Source of the DNA: Lama glama
Lineage: Eukaryota
Direction of reading: 5' to 3'
Assembly: GCA_028534125.1 (NCBI GenBank)
Contig: CM052816.1
Span: forward strand, 41,604,001 to 41,668,000
DNA: 64,000 nt
Made by a program: the position numbers and the translations under genes. Below the pieces are notes generated by a model. The model was not told where the DNA came from and searched no databases. It worked only from the letters and a program-made list of their open reading frames with translations. The first letter of the stretch is position 1; the number at the start of each line of letters is the position of its first letter. Below, one piece after another: positions 52,836 to 64,000 of this stretch.

Positions 52836-55594
52836 AACTTATTTTCTTGCCCTACCCTTGGAATGCCCATATACCCTACCCTGGCATAACTTCTTCATGG
52901 TTTTACCCATTAACTCATTCTCCACATGAGTATGCATGCATGCACGAGTACCTATGTGCTGAGACACAGAAAATTTTTCTCCAAAGATGAGGTGTGCTCC
53001 CAAATGTTCATGGTACATCCCTTTAAATAGGCTGACTCCCTCTGGAAGTATCTATTTTTTCCTAGGTCTCTCCACTCCAGGTCCAAATGAAACTACTTTC
53101 CTTTAATTTCTTTATACCCTGCAATAGTAAGAATCTTTTTTATGAGGAACAACATCCAGTTTTATTTGTAATTCCTTTCCTAAGTGTCATCTGAATTCTG
53201 ACCTGTCAAAGTTTCCAACAAATATTCTCTCAAATTATCTCTTCTATATTTTGGGAAAGCAACATCTTACTCCACATCCCAGGTTGACTGTTCTCTTACA
53301 TTCATACTTTTTCTATCTCTTCATTCAAATAGCTCTAAAACTGAATAAAATTTTCTCTTAAAGTGTCAAGGTTTTTTTCCCCCTGAACTTCATTATTTAG
53401 TGTGTGTTGAACAGAATCCTTGCCTTCATCTGAAAACATCTCTGCAAACTTCTCCTCCCCTTGTCTTGCCAATGCTTCCACCCTTAACACGCTCATTTCC
53501 TTACACCTTTGTGTACCAATCCTTTGCCGTCCATTAAGACAGTCACCTATAGTTAACATCTCTGCAACTTATAGTTCAACATCACTGTTCCATCACAGCC
53601 TGGAGAAGGCTTTTGTATTTTTGGCTGTATTTATCTCACAAGAATAAAATCTACCAACTCTTTTTTTTTTTAACATTGGAAGTATGTAGTAAAAGAAAAG
53701 ATGTTTTGAATTTGTGTTTGTTTTATATTAATAATGACAGTAGTTTGTTATGCTCTGCCAAAATAATCTGCATCTTGCACAGAGAGAGAAAAGGATGAGA
53801 AATACTTTCCTTTATCTCTCTGAATGTGTTTCCAGTGCCAATAAAGAAGCCCAGGCTAACATGCAGCATGGAACCTTCACTCTATTTGAGGTTTTGTTAG
53901 CTCCCAGAGCTAGAGCTTCTTCGTCCAGCAGAGTATCTATATTTCATCACAGCTCTTTAAGCAAATTTCTTCCCAAATAGCATTCTCCTCTTTATATTTT
54001 CACATCATAGAGGAGGACAGTTGTGCTCTTAGTTCTTCCTGCTGTTCAAAGTGGCACTAGGGAGTTGTCCCTGAGGAATAGTTAGGATGGATAAAATCAC
54101 CTACCAAAGCCCACACAAGATTCTGAAAATCGTCTTGCAAATTAACTTTTTCAGTTGATCAAAATAAAAATAAATTCAACAAACATAAATTAAAGTTCTT
54201 AAATAACAGTTACTTAGAAGTTTTACATTATATTATTCATTAGTGAGGGCTGTTATGAAAGTGTAACATTCAAGGGCAAGGGTTTCTTCCTGCTTGGGGA
54301 AGACAGAATGGTTAGATTCAGGCTAAACTTAATCAGGAGCATTTTAATAAAAGCACTGTATTCCCCTGTTTTTATATTCTTAGAATAGGAAAGTAGCTCT
54401 TAAAACTGGAACACTGTCTCCAGAAATTAGTATTTACTAAACACTCAGTATATGAGGCCTATTTTCCTTCTTGTATTCAGTAACAGATACTATTAAGAAA
54501 ATTGCGCGTTAAGACTATTAGATCTAAGGTATTAGCTGTTGGCAGTGATGCACCAAAAGTTAGCCTTATTCTTTTAGCCAATATGTATTTATTTCTGTCT
54601 ACAGTAATTTAGTTTCCAAATTCAAAGGTCACATCACTAATGGAGGAAAGTAAATAAAAGTAAAAAATATTCTTTCCAGTATAAATTTTCTCTTTACAAT
54701 TTCCAGTGCTCACTGGCATACAGATGTCAAATGAATTTGCTGTGCCCAGATTTTCTTGGTAAATTTAGGCACTCAGTCAAGATAATACAGGCTTTGGCTT
54801 TGCTTGTCACAGGAAACAGCTGGACCTTTCTTCTGTCCATACCAATGGCATTTCACAGGTAATTTCCAACTTAAGTCACTTTGGTTGCCCACAGCCAGGT
54901 AAAACACCCTGGATAGCTGGAGCAATCATTTTGACAATAAAGTTTACAATACAAGGAAAATGAAGGACCTAATTAGGCCCAGATGTTCCAGGTTGATGAA
55001 GCCCTGGTTTGAAGGTGACAAAGAGTGATAAGTTCACCTCAGCTTCATTCTGTAGGGCAAAGCCAGGAACTTTAGGCTATAACTTAGAAAAGAATTTCTT
55101 TCATGCATTTCTCTTTACAATTAATTTACTTATTTGGTTGGATCTTAATACTCAAGTGGCTTCCTTGAAGATGTCTACTTTACAGTTGAAAATGAAATGA
55201 TTTGATTTAGTAGACAGAAAAGGCAGCTCCTCTCTGGAGGCCACATCTTGATGGTGTCCAGATTTCAATTTTACAGTCACTTCTCCATAAAATGGTGGAC
55301 TCTAGTGACCTCGATGAGGACAGTCCAGGTCTGAGGAGGTGCTGACCACAGCTGACAAAACCATCAGGCCCAGGCTGACCGGGCAAGTTGGTCCCTGCTC
55401 CTCCTTCTGCAAGACCACCTTCACAGGCATCCAGAGGAATCAGGCGTTTCAGGGGCCTTTCAAGTCAACCCATATTTGCTGAGCTTCTGTGCTCAGCAGG
55501 TGTTTAGTCTACTTCATCGTCGCTGCTACTCCTCAGCTTACCTAACGTGGTGATTTCAGGGATGGAAAGACTTTAGACTTTAGGGATCTTAATT

Positions 55595-55745
55595 CTGACC
55601 CTTCCCCACTTCCCATTTTATAAGTGAAGGAATTGAGGCCTGGAAAGGGTGAATGAGTGGTCCAGGCTACCGAGGCAGCCAGCGGTGTTGCAGAGACCAG
55701 AGGCCCCATGTTCTGGCTCCTGGTGCAGTGTTCCTGGCACTGTGT
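55595..55745 (-). mobile_element. MIR SINE
   Basis: cccattttataagtgaaggaattgaggcctggaaagggtgaatgagtggtccaggctac. Confidence 0.75.
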
Positions 55746-58700
55746 TAAGCTGGTACTCACAGACAGCTTGCCTGATTCTTCCTCCGCTCTGCTGCAATCA
55801 ACACTGTGCACAAATTCTCTGGATTTGAAATATTTTTCCTGTATGAATTCCTAAAATTTCATCTCAGGTTCTACCTTGGCTCTCAATTCTGGTTTATAAT
55901 CCTGATTCCTTGAACCACTGCTTTGCAAGACCCATTCTGAACATTTCCATCCTGGTCCTCCCTTCGCCAGAAGCTTTTCTTTCAATTAGAAATTCCAAAA
56001 AGAGAAACATGTGGTTTGTCTTTCAAGACCATGCTTTCGAGTTCCACTTCAAACACTCCTCAGCCCTACCTTTTCTGACCCTCTGCTGCAGCTAAATGAT
56101 ATCCATGCCTCCACTAAAATGCTGTTGAGATTTGTACCTTTCTTGTGGAATAATTGCTGCTGTGTGCTTCTCTTGTGCTCGCTATTTGACTGTGTGTTGT
56201 ATGAGGATAGTGCGCATGTGTCTGGCCTTCATATTTAAAGTGAGAGCTCATTATAAGTCATTACATGTGTTATAGTATTTAAAGTGCTAATTTTTTAGGG
56301 TGGGATGAAAGCTGCATGTATAAATGTAGATGTTTTTCAAGGAGCAGTACCCTCTAGGACTTATTCCAGTATTAGCATACTGCCTCCTCTCTGCTCATTT
56401 GTTCAAAGGCAGGTTCTTGGTTTTTCAGTTCCTCTGAGTAGTAAGATTTCTATAGTCAGATAGGCAGGTTGTCCCCATGCTGCCTGTGTACCCGCTCCCT
56501 CAGGTTTTATGCTCCTTCAGTCCCTGTCTCTCCTCTGTACCTGAGATATCTCCCCACTGACCAAGAGACATATCTGCATATTAACTGTGCCCCTTGGCTT
56601 CAAAGTCTGGCAAAGTTTCTCTTGCAACCAGTAACAGATTTTCTTCACTGCATGTGACATTTGCATTCCTAACAATTCTCAGGTGATGAGCTGGTCCAGA
56701 GCCACCCTTGGGGAATTACTGATCTCGAAAAACATTTGACTCTTTTGTTTTTGTTGTAAAAACGACTTCTATTTGAAAAAAGGTTTTTACCTTGAAATAA
56801 TTTAAAATTTACTAAAAGTTGTAGTAAAACACACAGAGTTCTGGTGTGCCTTTGGCTCAGATTCACAATTGCTCACATTTCTGGGCTGTTTGAGAACAAC
56901 GCTCCCGTATCCAACCAACTCCTGGTTGTACTGGCCCAGCCCCAGAATGCTAAACTGTTACTAAGCACAGCTATTAACTTCTCTGTTTGCTTTTCTTTTT
57001 TTAAAAAACTACTGTTTTAGTTTTTGCTGGGAAGTTACAAAAAAGAATTTTCAACTTCAAAATCTCCTGAAAAACTTCCTTCTGAGGGAGAAGTGTCCTA
57101 TTTTCATCCAGTTTTGAAGAGGACAAAGAAGAATCCCTAAAAACCAGATGGTGAGCTTGAGACATTGGCAGAGCCACTCCTGCAGTGTTAAGTGTGCATT
57201 TACATGGTACTTTCTCCTAGTAAACTGCTTTCCCTTTAGTTTTCTTAGTAATTTATTTTAGCAACTACATGAAATATATAGGGGAGCTGAGATCTATTAA
57301 CGAAGGATGATATTGAATTTCCTTCACAGAAAATCTTTAGAAAAAGAGTCTTTTTCCAATGTTGAGATGGATTTGACTTCTTTATCTTGAATCCAAGAGG
57401 TGTCTCTAAATACTGTTCAATAGATCAACAGATGGAAAAAACGTTAACAAGCTTTATTAATCTCCAGAATAGTCCAGTCTTTCTCTCACCTAATAGTGTC
57501 AGGAACAGATTGTAGTGAATATCAGAGGCTTTAAGAAGTCTAGTACAGTTGCCAGGGGCAATAGCTTTAACTTTTATGAAACCGCTTATCTTCCTGGGAC
57601 ATGATTTATTTTAGGCATGGCCTAATTTCTTTCAAGCCTTAGGCCCAAATGTCTATGATAATTTGCAAAACCAGGTGAGATAACCTGAGATTTTTCACAT
57701 GTCAGTGTAGGATTACTGCTTCTGATCTTGCAGGTAGAAAGATGAGAGATGTAATAAAGTGAAAGATTGCACCACAAGTCGGCAGAATAGCTAAATCAGA
57801 CTTCAGTCACTTAACTCACTATTGGGTTAGGAAATCTCTCCCTTGTTAACTTCTTTTTCAGTCTGATTTCCATCCTAAGACATGGCTCTCTTCATCTATT
57901 CCAAGCACGAAACTTCATTTACTTCAAAGGCGTTCCTACACAGAGGAGAAAGAAAGAGTGCCTGGCCTCATTGGTATTCTGCCTTGAGATTCGTAAGGAT
58001 GCTTGTTGAAGATTAATACTGTGAGCCTGGTTAATGAAGAAGAAAACTCAATCCTTGACCTACTATTTAAAATTACATAGCTACATGATACAAACTGGGT
58101 GATGGGTAAAATTACCAGCCATGAGGGTCTGCCTAACGGCCTTTCAAGCCAAACAGTTTTGCAAGGTAATCTCCCCAATACTGACTTGAGACTCCATGCT
58201 GTGGGTATCCGCCATCTGATTTTAATAACTCCTCTTCTCCCCTAATACTCTCCTAATCCACTGGAGATGCTGACCAATTTGTGAGTATTCAGAAGTGAAC
58301 ACTGATTTTAATGTTGATCCTGGTGAAATATTATCCAAAAGATAAAACTGCCACTCCTCCCTACTGTCTCCATAGGCTATTTCAAATATTTTAAAGTGAA
58401 ATAAAAATGACATCTACTTTTACTTCCACTAACTTATTTCTGTTCCTGCTGCCTTCCTTCATTGACGATCGCCCCTAACTGGAGGCTAACTTTGGGTTTC
58501 TCCGTACTCATGCTGCCTTCTCCCCACAGTGTGCGCTAAGCAAACTGCAACAATTCAGTACTCCACTCCCTTCCTTAGTGATTCGTTTAATAAGCGTGAA
58601 CTGAGAAAGAGATGATCTGGTAGAAAATTTTGCACAGCTGTTTATAAAGACAAAGATCAAAGAGGCTAAAGAAAAAAGGGAAAATATCCGTGTTCGTTAT

Positions 58701-59700
58701 GCCCAAGACCTCCCATTAGCCATTCTCACAATGGTGAAGAGGTAAGACACCTGAATACCACTTAAGAAACAGAATTATTAGTCAAGAAAAATTCCCATTG
58801 AAGAGAGACATATTCAACTTTTACTCAGTGAGATCTCTACTTGGAATTACCTGTCTGTTAGCATCCCTTATTTCCTCTTAGCATTCCAGATAACTGTGAA
58901 CGAGTAATAATGCTGTGGTCCACTGGACTCACAAAAGCATTGGGTGGTTGGGACTCGCCCAGTGAAATCCAATTTAGTGCTTAGTTAAAGGGACACTTGT
59001 GGAATAAAACTTGTGTTTTAGGACCACCATGCTAATTCTATCTGTTCTACTGATTTGACTGCTGCTGCCCTGCTGTGTTCTTGCTCTAGGCTGTGCAAAT
59101 AAAGCCCTTCAGAGGAAATCATAAATACTTGATTTAATTAAGACCATTACCAGGAGCACTTCTTGCCTCATTTCTCCAAGTGCCAAGGTATAGATTACAT
59201 TTGAACAATGGTGCTGCAATAAATACATGGGGATAAAATGCAATTCCTCTTTTATGGTTTGTAAAAAATAGAGCAACAAAACAAGATGCCCTGCAGCAAC
59301 TAAACATTTCCTAGTCAGCAGTTTCCTTTGGAGCTGAGGTTTCCAGGGATGGGGGATAAGGGGATATATTCAAACATTTTTACTTCAGTCAAAAAAGAAA
59401 AGGGAAAAAACAAAAAAGCAATCCTGGCTCGACCGTCTGAACCTATGCTGAGGTATTCAGTGCTATTATCTCAAAGCCACAAGCCACATGAACTGTGCTA
59501 TTTTCTGCACCAGCTGGACAGTTCTGACTTTTGTGCCAAGAGCCATGTTAATCCTGTTCATCCACTGACCCTTATATTTAGTTCGAAGAAATTCATAATG
59601 TTTAGTCAGGTGTTGTTACTAATATTGGCAATCATTGGCTAGAGTGAATAAATTTTATCTATTCTGGATGTTTCTCACGGTTAAACATATTTCTTTTTTA

Positions 59701-59810
59701 TGGGTAACTTACCCTGGCTTGCCTTGGGTTTTCCTAGTTTTAAAACTGAAATTTCTGTACACTGAGAATCTGTTCAGTTGAGGGCAAACCAGGTTGGCTG
59801 GCAACCTTAG
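59701..59810. mobile_element. MER94-like (hAT-Blackjack) element
   Basis: gggtaac...ttcctagttttaaaactgaaa...cagttgagggcaaaccagg..ggctggcaacctta, with imperfect TIRs. Confidence 0.6.
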
Positions 59811-59879
59811 TCATGAATGATTTTCAAATTCTACTATTTAATTCTTCCCTTTGGAGAATTTCCCTTGGAGAAATAGTTT

Positions 59880-60115
59880 AAGTATAGCTAACATTTATAT
59901 GCCAAATACTGTTTAAGTCCTTTCAATGAACTTGTTTTTTTAGTCTAGGGAGCACTAATCACATAGATGAAGTGGCCCTATTGAAAAAGGTAGATATTGT
60001 TACTATCCCCATTTTATAGCTGGGAAAACAGAAACACAGAAAATAACTTTCCTATGATCAAATAGCTAGGAAGTGGTAAATAGGGAGTTTACCCTAGCAG
60101 CCTTGTTTGAGAGCT
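59880..60115 (-). mobile_element. MIR SINE
   Basis: tagctaacatttat...tatccccattttatagctgggaaaacagaaacacaga...gctaggaagtgg. Confidence 0.7.
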
Positions 60116-60401
60116 CCCTATAGGGCTATTCCTAATAACAGCTGCAATAGTAATCCTCATTCAAGTTTGAAATGCATATTTACATATCTGTTATCTTTCT
60201 GCCTTTACTTGCTCAAAGCTGCCTCAAATTGTTGTACTTATAATGCCTAACCTAGTAAGTTTTCTCCAACTAAATTGCTTAACCATGTCTTTTGTCTTTT
60301 TATTTCCTTTTTTCTATTTCTCCACAATGGTAACACAGAATGGTACCCAAGGATATGCATATTCTTCCTTGTTCAATATGAAAATGTAATAGAGTATAAA
60401 A

Positions 60402-60603
60402 TAATACTGTCCAATTGAACTTTCTGTGAAGATGGGAATGTCCTGTATCTTCACAGTAGCCACTTATCTGTCTGGCTCTTGAGTATGTGAAAAGTCGCTA
60501 GTAGGACTGAAGTACTGAATTTTAATTTTTATTTAATTTTAATGAGTTTTAGATTAAATTTAAATACTGGCATGTGGCTATTGGCTACCCTATTGGACAG
60601 CAT
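60402..60603. mobile_element. MER3 (hAT-Charlie) element
   Basis: ctgtccaattgaactttctgtgaagatgggaatgt...catgtggctattggctaccctattggacagc, with TIRs ctgtccaat/attggacag. Confidence 0.85.
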
Positions 60604-61623
60604 AAGTCTTGAACCCATTTGCCTATTAAGGACATCTTAATATTTATTACAAAAATTACACTAATTACTTCATTAGTTAGAGGTTTACCTTTCAGCTAGC
60701 TCCTGTGGGACTAGATACAAAGGAGAGAGGAGAGAGAGAGAAAACATACCAGGGGAAAGGATACTCCAATCTCCTATGTTTCTTTAATAATGTTTCTAAG
60801 GGTGCAAAGAGGATCACAAAGTAGATTACTTTTGGGACCATAAAACCCATATTTAGGTATTTTTATGGGTAGAGGACACAGTAGGGCTTAGAGTCATGAA
60901 GGTGATGATAAACACAAGAATCGTGGCTTTTAAGAAAATGTTGCAAAACCTATCTCCAAAATAGCAATTTGCCTTAGTTATTGCCCATCTCCTTCTACCA
61001 TCTCACTACATTCATCCCCAACTTTACATATTACCTGTGTAATTTGTTTTCTACCATTTTAATACATTTTCACAAAAACTGTAACTGAGATTTGTGCTAA
61101 AAGTCTCTTGGGAATTTTCTCCATAACACTACCTGCTTCAAGTAATAAATGATTGCTCTTTGACTATTGACTCCTTTGAACAATTAGGTGGAACAGTCAG
61201 AGAGGCCTAAAAGAGGGGTGATTATTAAAACAAGTGAGGTGGCTTGTTTCTCCACGTAAGGTCTTTTCCTGGCTTCGCTTGACAATTTTTGTTACACATC
61301 ATTAGTCTTGAAAAGAATACTCAAACGTGAAAACCACCTTATGGTGACAACCCACTGGGAGCAGGTGTGTGTCCTTTGTTGAGAGCCCATGTACCACGAG
61401 GCCTTTGTTGTCAGCCATGTTCTCTCCAGGGCTCAGCCTCTCTCCAGAGCCTGGCTTCATTTACCCTGCCAGCAAATCACCCTTCTGCTGGCAGGAAAAA
61501 ATATTTTTAAAGGCCCCTGTGCTGGCTACCACCTGACCCTCAGTTGGACCTTGAACCACCTGTAGCCATCGATCCTGATCCTTCTCTAGTTTCACTTGTC
61601 TACTTAATAGTGATGTCATCAGG

Positions 61624-61825
61624 TAGGATTGCCAGCTAGAACGCAGGATGCCCAGTTAAATTTGAATTTCAGATAAACTGATTTTTTTTTTTTAGGCTTA
61701 AGTATTTTCAAAGTTTTGCACAGGACATACTTATAACAAAAATACATATGTATATTTATAGTTTATCTGAAATTCAAACTTAACTAGGCATTTTGTATTT
61801 TTATTTGCTAAATCTGGCAATCCTA
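61624..61825. mobile_element. MER53 palindromic hAT MITE
   Basis: Perfect 12-bp TIRs taggattgccag/ctggcaatccta; inner inverted arms tttgaatttcagataaact/agtttatctgaaattcaaa; atcagg on both flanks. Confidence 0.85.
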
Positions 61826-63966
61826 AATCAGGAGCACTATCTCCAAATCTCCAGAACAAGGAATGAGCTGATGCAACTGAAACCTTGCAGGAAGACATCA
61901 CAGGTCATTTGAACAATGTGGTTCATCTTTTAGAAATAGCAAATGTGCTTTTCTTGTAGTGACTAAACTTTGATTGTAGGACTAATCATCAAATTTGGGT
62001 CTTAGCTATGACAAAACATTTGATAGAACTAATGGCTTACTGACTGGCACTGGCTGAGTGCCTCATGGAGCGTCATTTAATCACCACACAACAGCAATTT
62101 AAACTACAGAAGAAGGTCAATGACTAATTCAGAGTCTGGAACTCTTTTTCTTCCCCCTCCTATGGAGGTGTGAAGAACAGAACTAAAATGAGGTAGCTTC
62201 AGTTCTGTAAGTTGCTTGTGTTCAAGGATAGTCCTGCTAGTGTTATTTTTCAGTAGATCTGTTTTTGCAGCTAGCTGAGGCTACAGAACTTGTCACATTA
62301 TACTTTAAAGAATAAAAAGAAAAACATTCCGATAGTGATTTACAATGCACAGTGCAGAACTGAAAAAAGAGAAGACAATGTCATAATAAAATTCTTCTTC
62401 AGTGGAGTCAGTGATACAGATATCAATGCCTCTGTTCATCACATGCCTAATGTCGAAAGAGACAGGATCAGGAAAGCAGCATGACTTTGCAGCCCACCTG
62501 GAAAATTCTGGCTCTACCAGAGTAACCCTAAACTTGAGGCAAAGCCGCAGCACTCAGTCCCAAACATAGCTCTTTTATAGCTGTCTGAGTTTGTTTCATC
62601 CCCCCTTTATTCTTGGATTAGTGGCTTTAAAATGGAAATGCTGGATTCATTTCAGTTATTAGGCTGATGTAAGCATTGTAATTCTCTCTCTTGAATTCTT
62701 AAATGTGTTGATTGTACTCTGGGAACTTCATGGTTCTTTTAAAAATACCGAAAGTGCTTTGCTCCATTTTTCTGATGTAATTGCTTGTACTATTTAATTC
62801 CCAACTCTATTATATTTGAACTTTTGTAGTGAAATCAAGAGACACAAAAGGCATTCTGAATGATAAATTTCCATTTCTTCTTTCAAAATACAAATAAAAC
62901 TAGTTTGGAAGAAATAGGAGGTAAAGAAAATTGCTTTGATGTGTAACTTATTCCAAGACTGGAAGTCTTAGATTTTTAAACAAAATACGCTGGTGACCAA
63001 AACAAATGGTGGTGAGTTGGTGAAACAACAATAATTGGCAGTCTCTGGTGTCCAAAGCCATTTGCTTGAATTATTTATGTCTCAAAACTGACAGGAATTT
63101 CATAAGAGTAAATAAGGCAAGTCCAGTGGGTGTCATTTACATGATGCAATCACACATCCAATTGACTGCAGGTCCCATCTGCCGGAGCTGATGCCTTAAA
63201 AACCCAGGGGAGGAGTTTATTTCAAGGGAGTCCCACACCCATCAAGGTTTGATTAGCCCACCACTAGCTTGATCCCATTCATTGTCAAAAGCAGGTTGAC
63301 AAAGAACGAGTCACTTAATGTTGTTTGCTTTAAAATAACTCAGTAGACGATGTTGCTACTGGATTGCCTCCTTAGAGTGTGAAATGACCTTTTAGTTCCT
63401 TAAAAATACTTTTGAATCATCAGGAACCCACTGAATTATGAATTGTTACTTTATAGTACTTGATATGTGTCTATTACATTCTGGCAACCTCCTAGGATGG
63501 TTTTTCAGGGATGTCTCCGGGACTCAGCTGGTCCTCCGTACCTTCTCCCACCCCTCTTTAACTTGGATTTCTCCCTCTGCAGTACCCTTCTGGCAGGGTG
63601 GGTGGAGATGAGGACACGGTTCCATTATACTGGCCTGTGGGGTTGGAGTAGTAAGTGAGCAAAATTAAACTGCCTCAAGACAATTTATGGAGTCTTCATT
63701 ACATACAGAAGAGTGGCTCTTTCTGCTCATTTTCACATGTGGAGAAATGTTCATGGAGTTTATAGTCCTTAAAATTTACGTTTATTTTATAAATTTTATT
63801 TTTAATGCTTGAAGAGAATAACATATTTATGAAATGTCCACTGGACTTTAAAATTTTATTTATTTTTGGCTTGAGTATTACAACAAATTTTGGGAATTAA
63901 ATGAACGACATAAAACTTCAAATTTTTAATATTTTACCAAATATTTTATTTTTCATATTTTAGTGT

Positions 63967-64000
63967 ACAGTTGGCCCTTCATGTCTGAGGGTTTCCCATA
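63967..64000. mobile_element. Start of a Tigger/MER2-like element, cut off by the window edge
   Basis: ta|cagttggcccttcatgtctgagg resembles a Tigger TIR after a TA target site. Confidence 0.5.

Larger units (their letters stand above)
51916..58741 (+). other. Candidate exon chain (51916-51965, 54813-54858, 58530-58741) of an unidentified lncRNA or decayed gene
   Basis: Each segment is bounded by a pyrimidine-rich ...CAG acceptor and an AG|GTAA donor; phases are compatible, with one in-frame TGA at 58602-58604. Confidence 0.3.

Noticed and set aside
62271..62553. Overlapping ORFs on both strands after a TTTTTGCAG acceptor
   Set aside because: Continuing the frame from 58741 gives an immediate stop; no recognisable protein and no strong donor.
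1..64000. CRISPR array, operon, prophage or prokaryotic defence system
   Set aside because: The sequence is mammalian, with no regularly spaced repeat-spacer array or gene-dense tract; direct repeats occur only as pairs.

Overview
This is mammalian nuclear DNA, not prokaryotic. It is most likely a camelid: there is a Vic-1-like tRNA-derived SINE at ~18.4 kb and a camelid-style L1 3' tail at ~7.3 kb, and I saw no Alu, BovA/BovB or PRE-1. The window opens on a CpG-rich promoter edge (1-320) with a canonical CCAAT box and splice donors facing both ways. A second, larger CpG island follows at ~2.26-4.19 kb. The remaining ~60 kb is AT-rich intronic or intergenic sequence carrying L1, L2, CR1/L3, MIR, MLT1, MER34-type LTR, MER5, MER3, MER53, MER82 and MER94 elements, plus one 100-N assembly gap. 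I found no intact protein-coding gene, structural RNA gene or CRISPR array; the supplied ORFs are chance ORFs or L1 ORF2 remnants. I cannot name the locus and cannot support a genuinely new biological system. The best leads are: (i) a chain of + strand candidate exons, three of them (51.9, 54.8, 58.5 kb) phase-compatible with only one in-frame TGA, suggesting a divergent lncRNA or decayed gene; (ii) several minimal retrotransposition scars, including a poly(A)-only insertion and a ~58-bp L1 tail, each with target-site duplications; (iii) an unexplained 48-bp dispersed repeat; (iv) a MER53 hairpin related to miR-1302. All repeat family names are from visual recognition, not from a database search.
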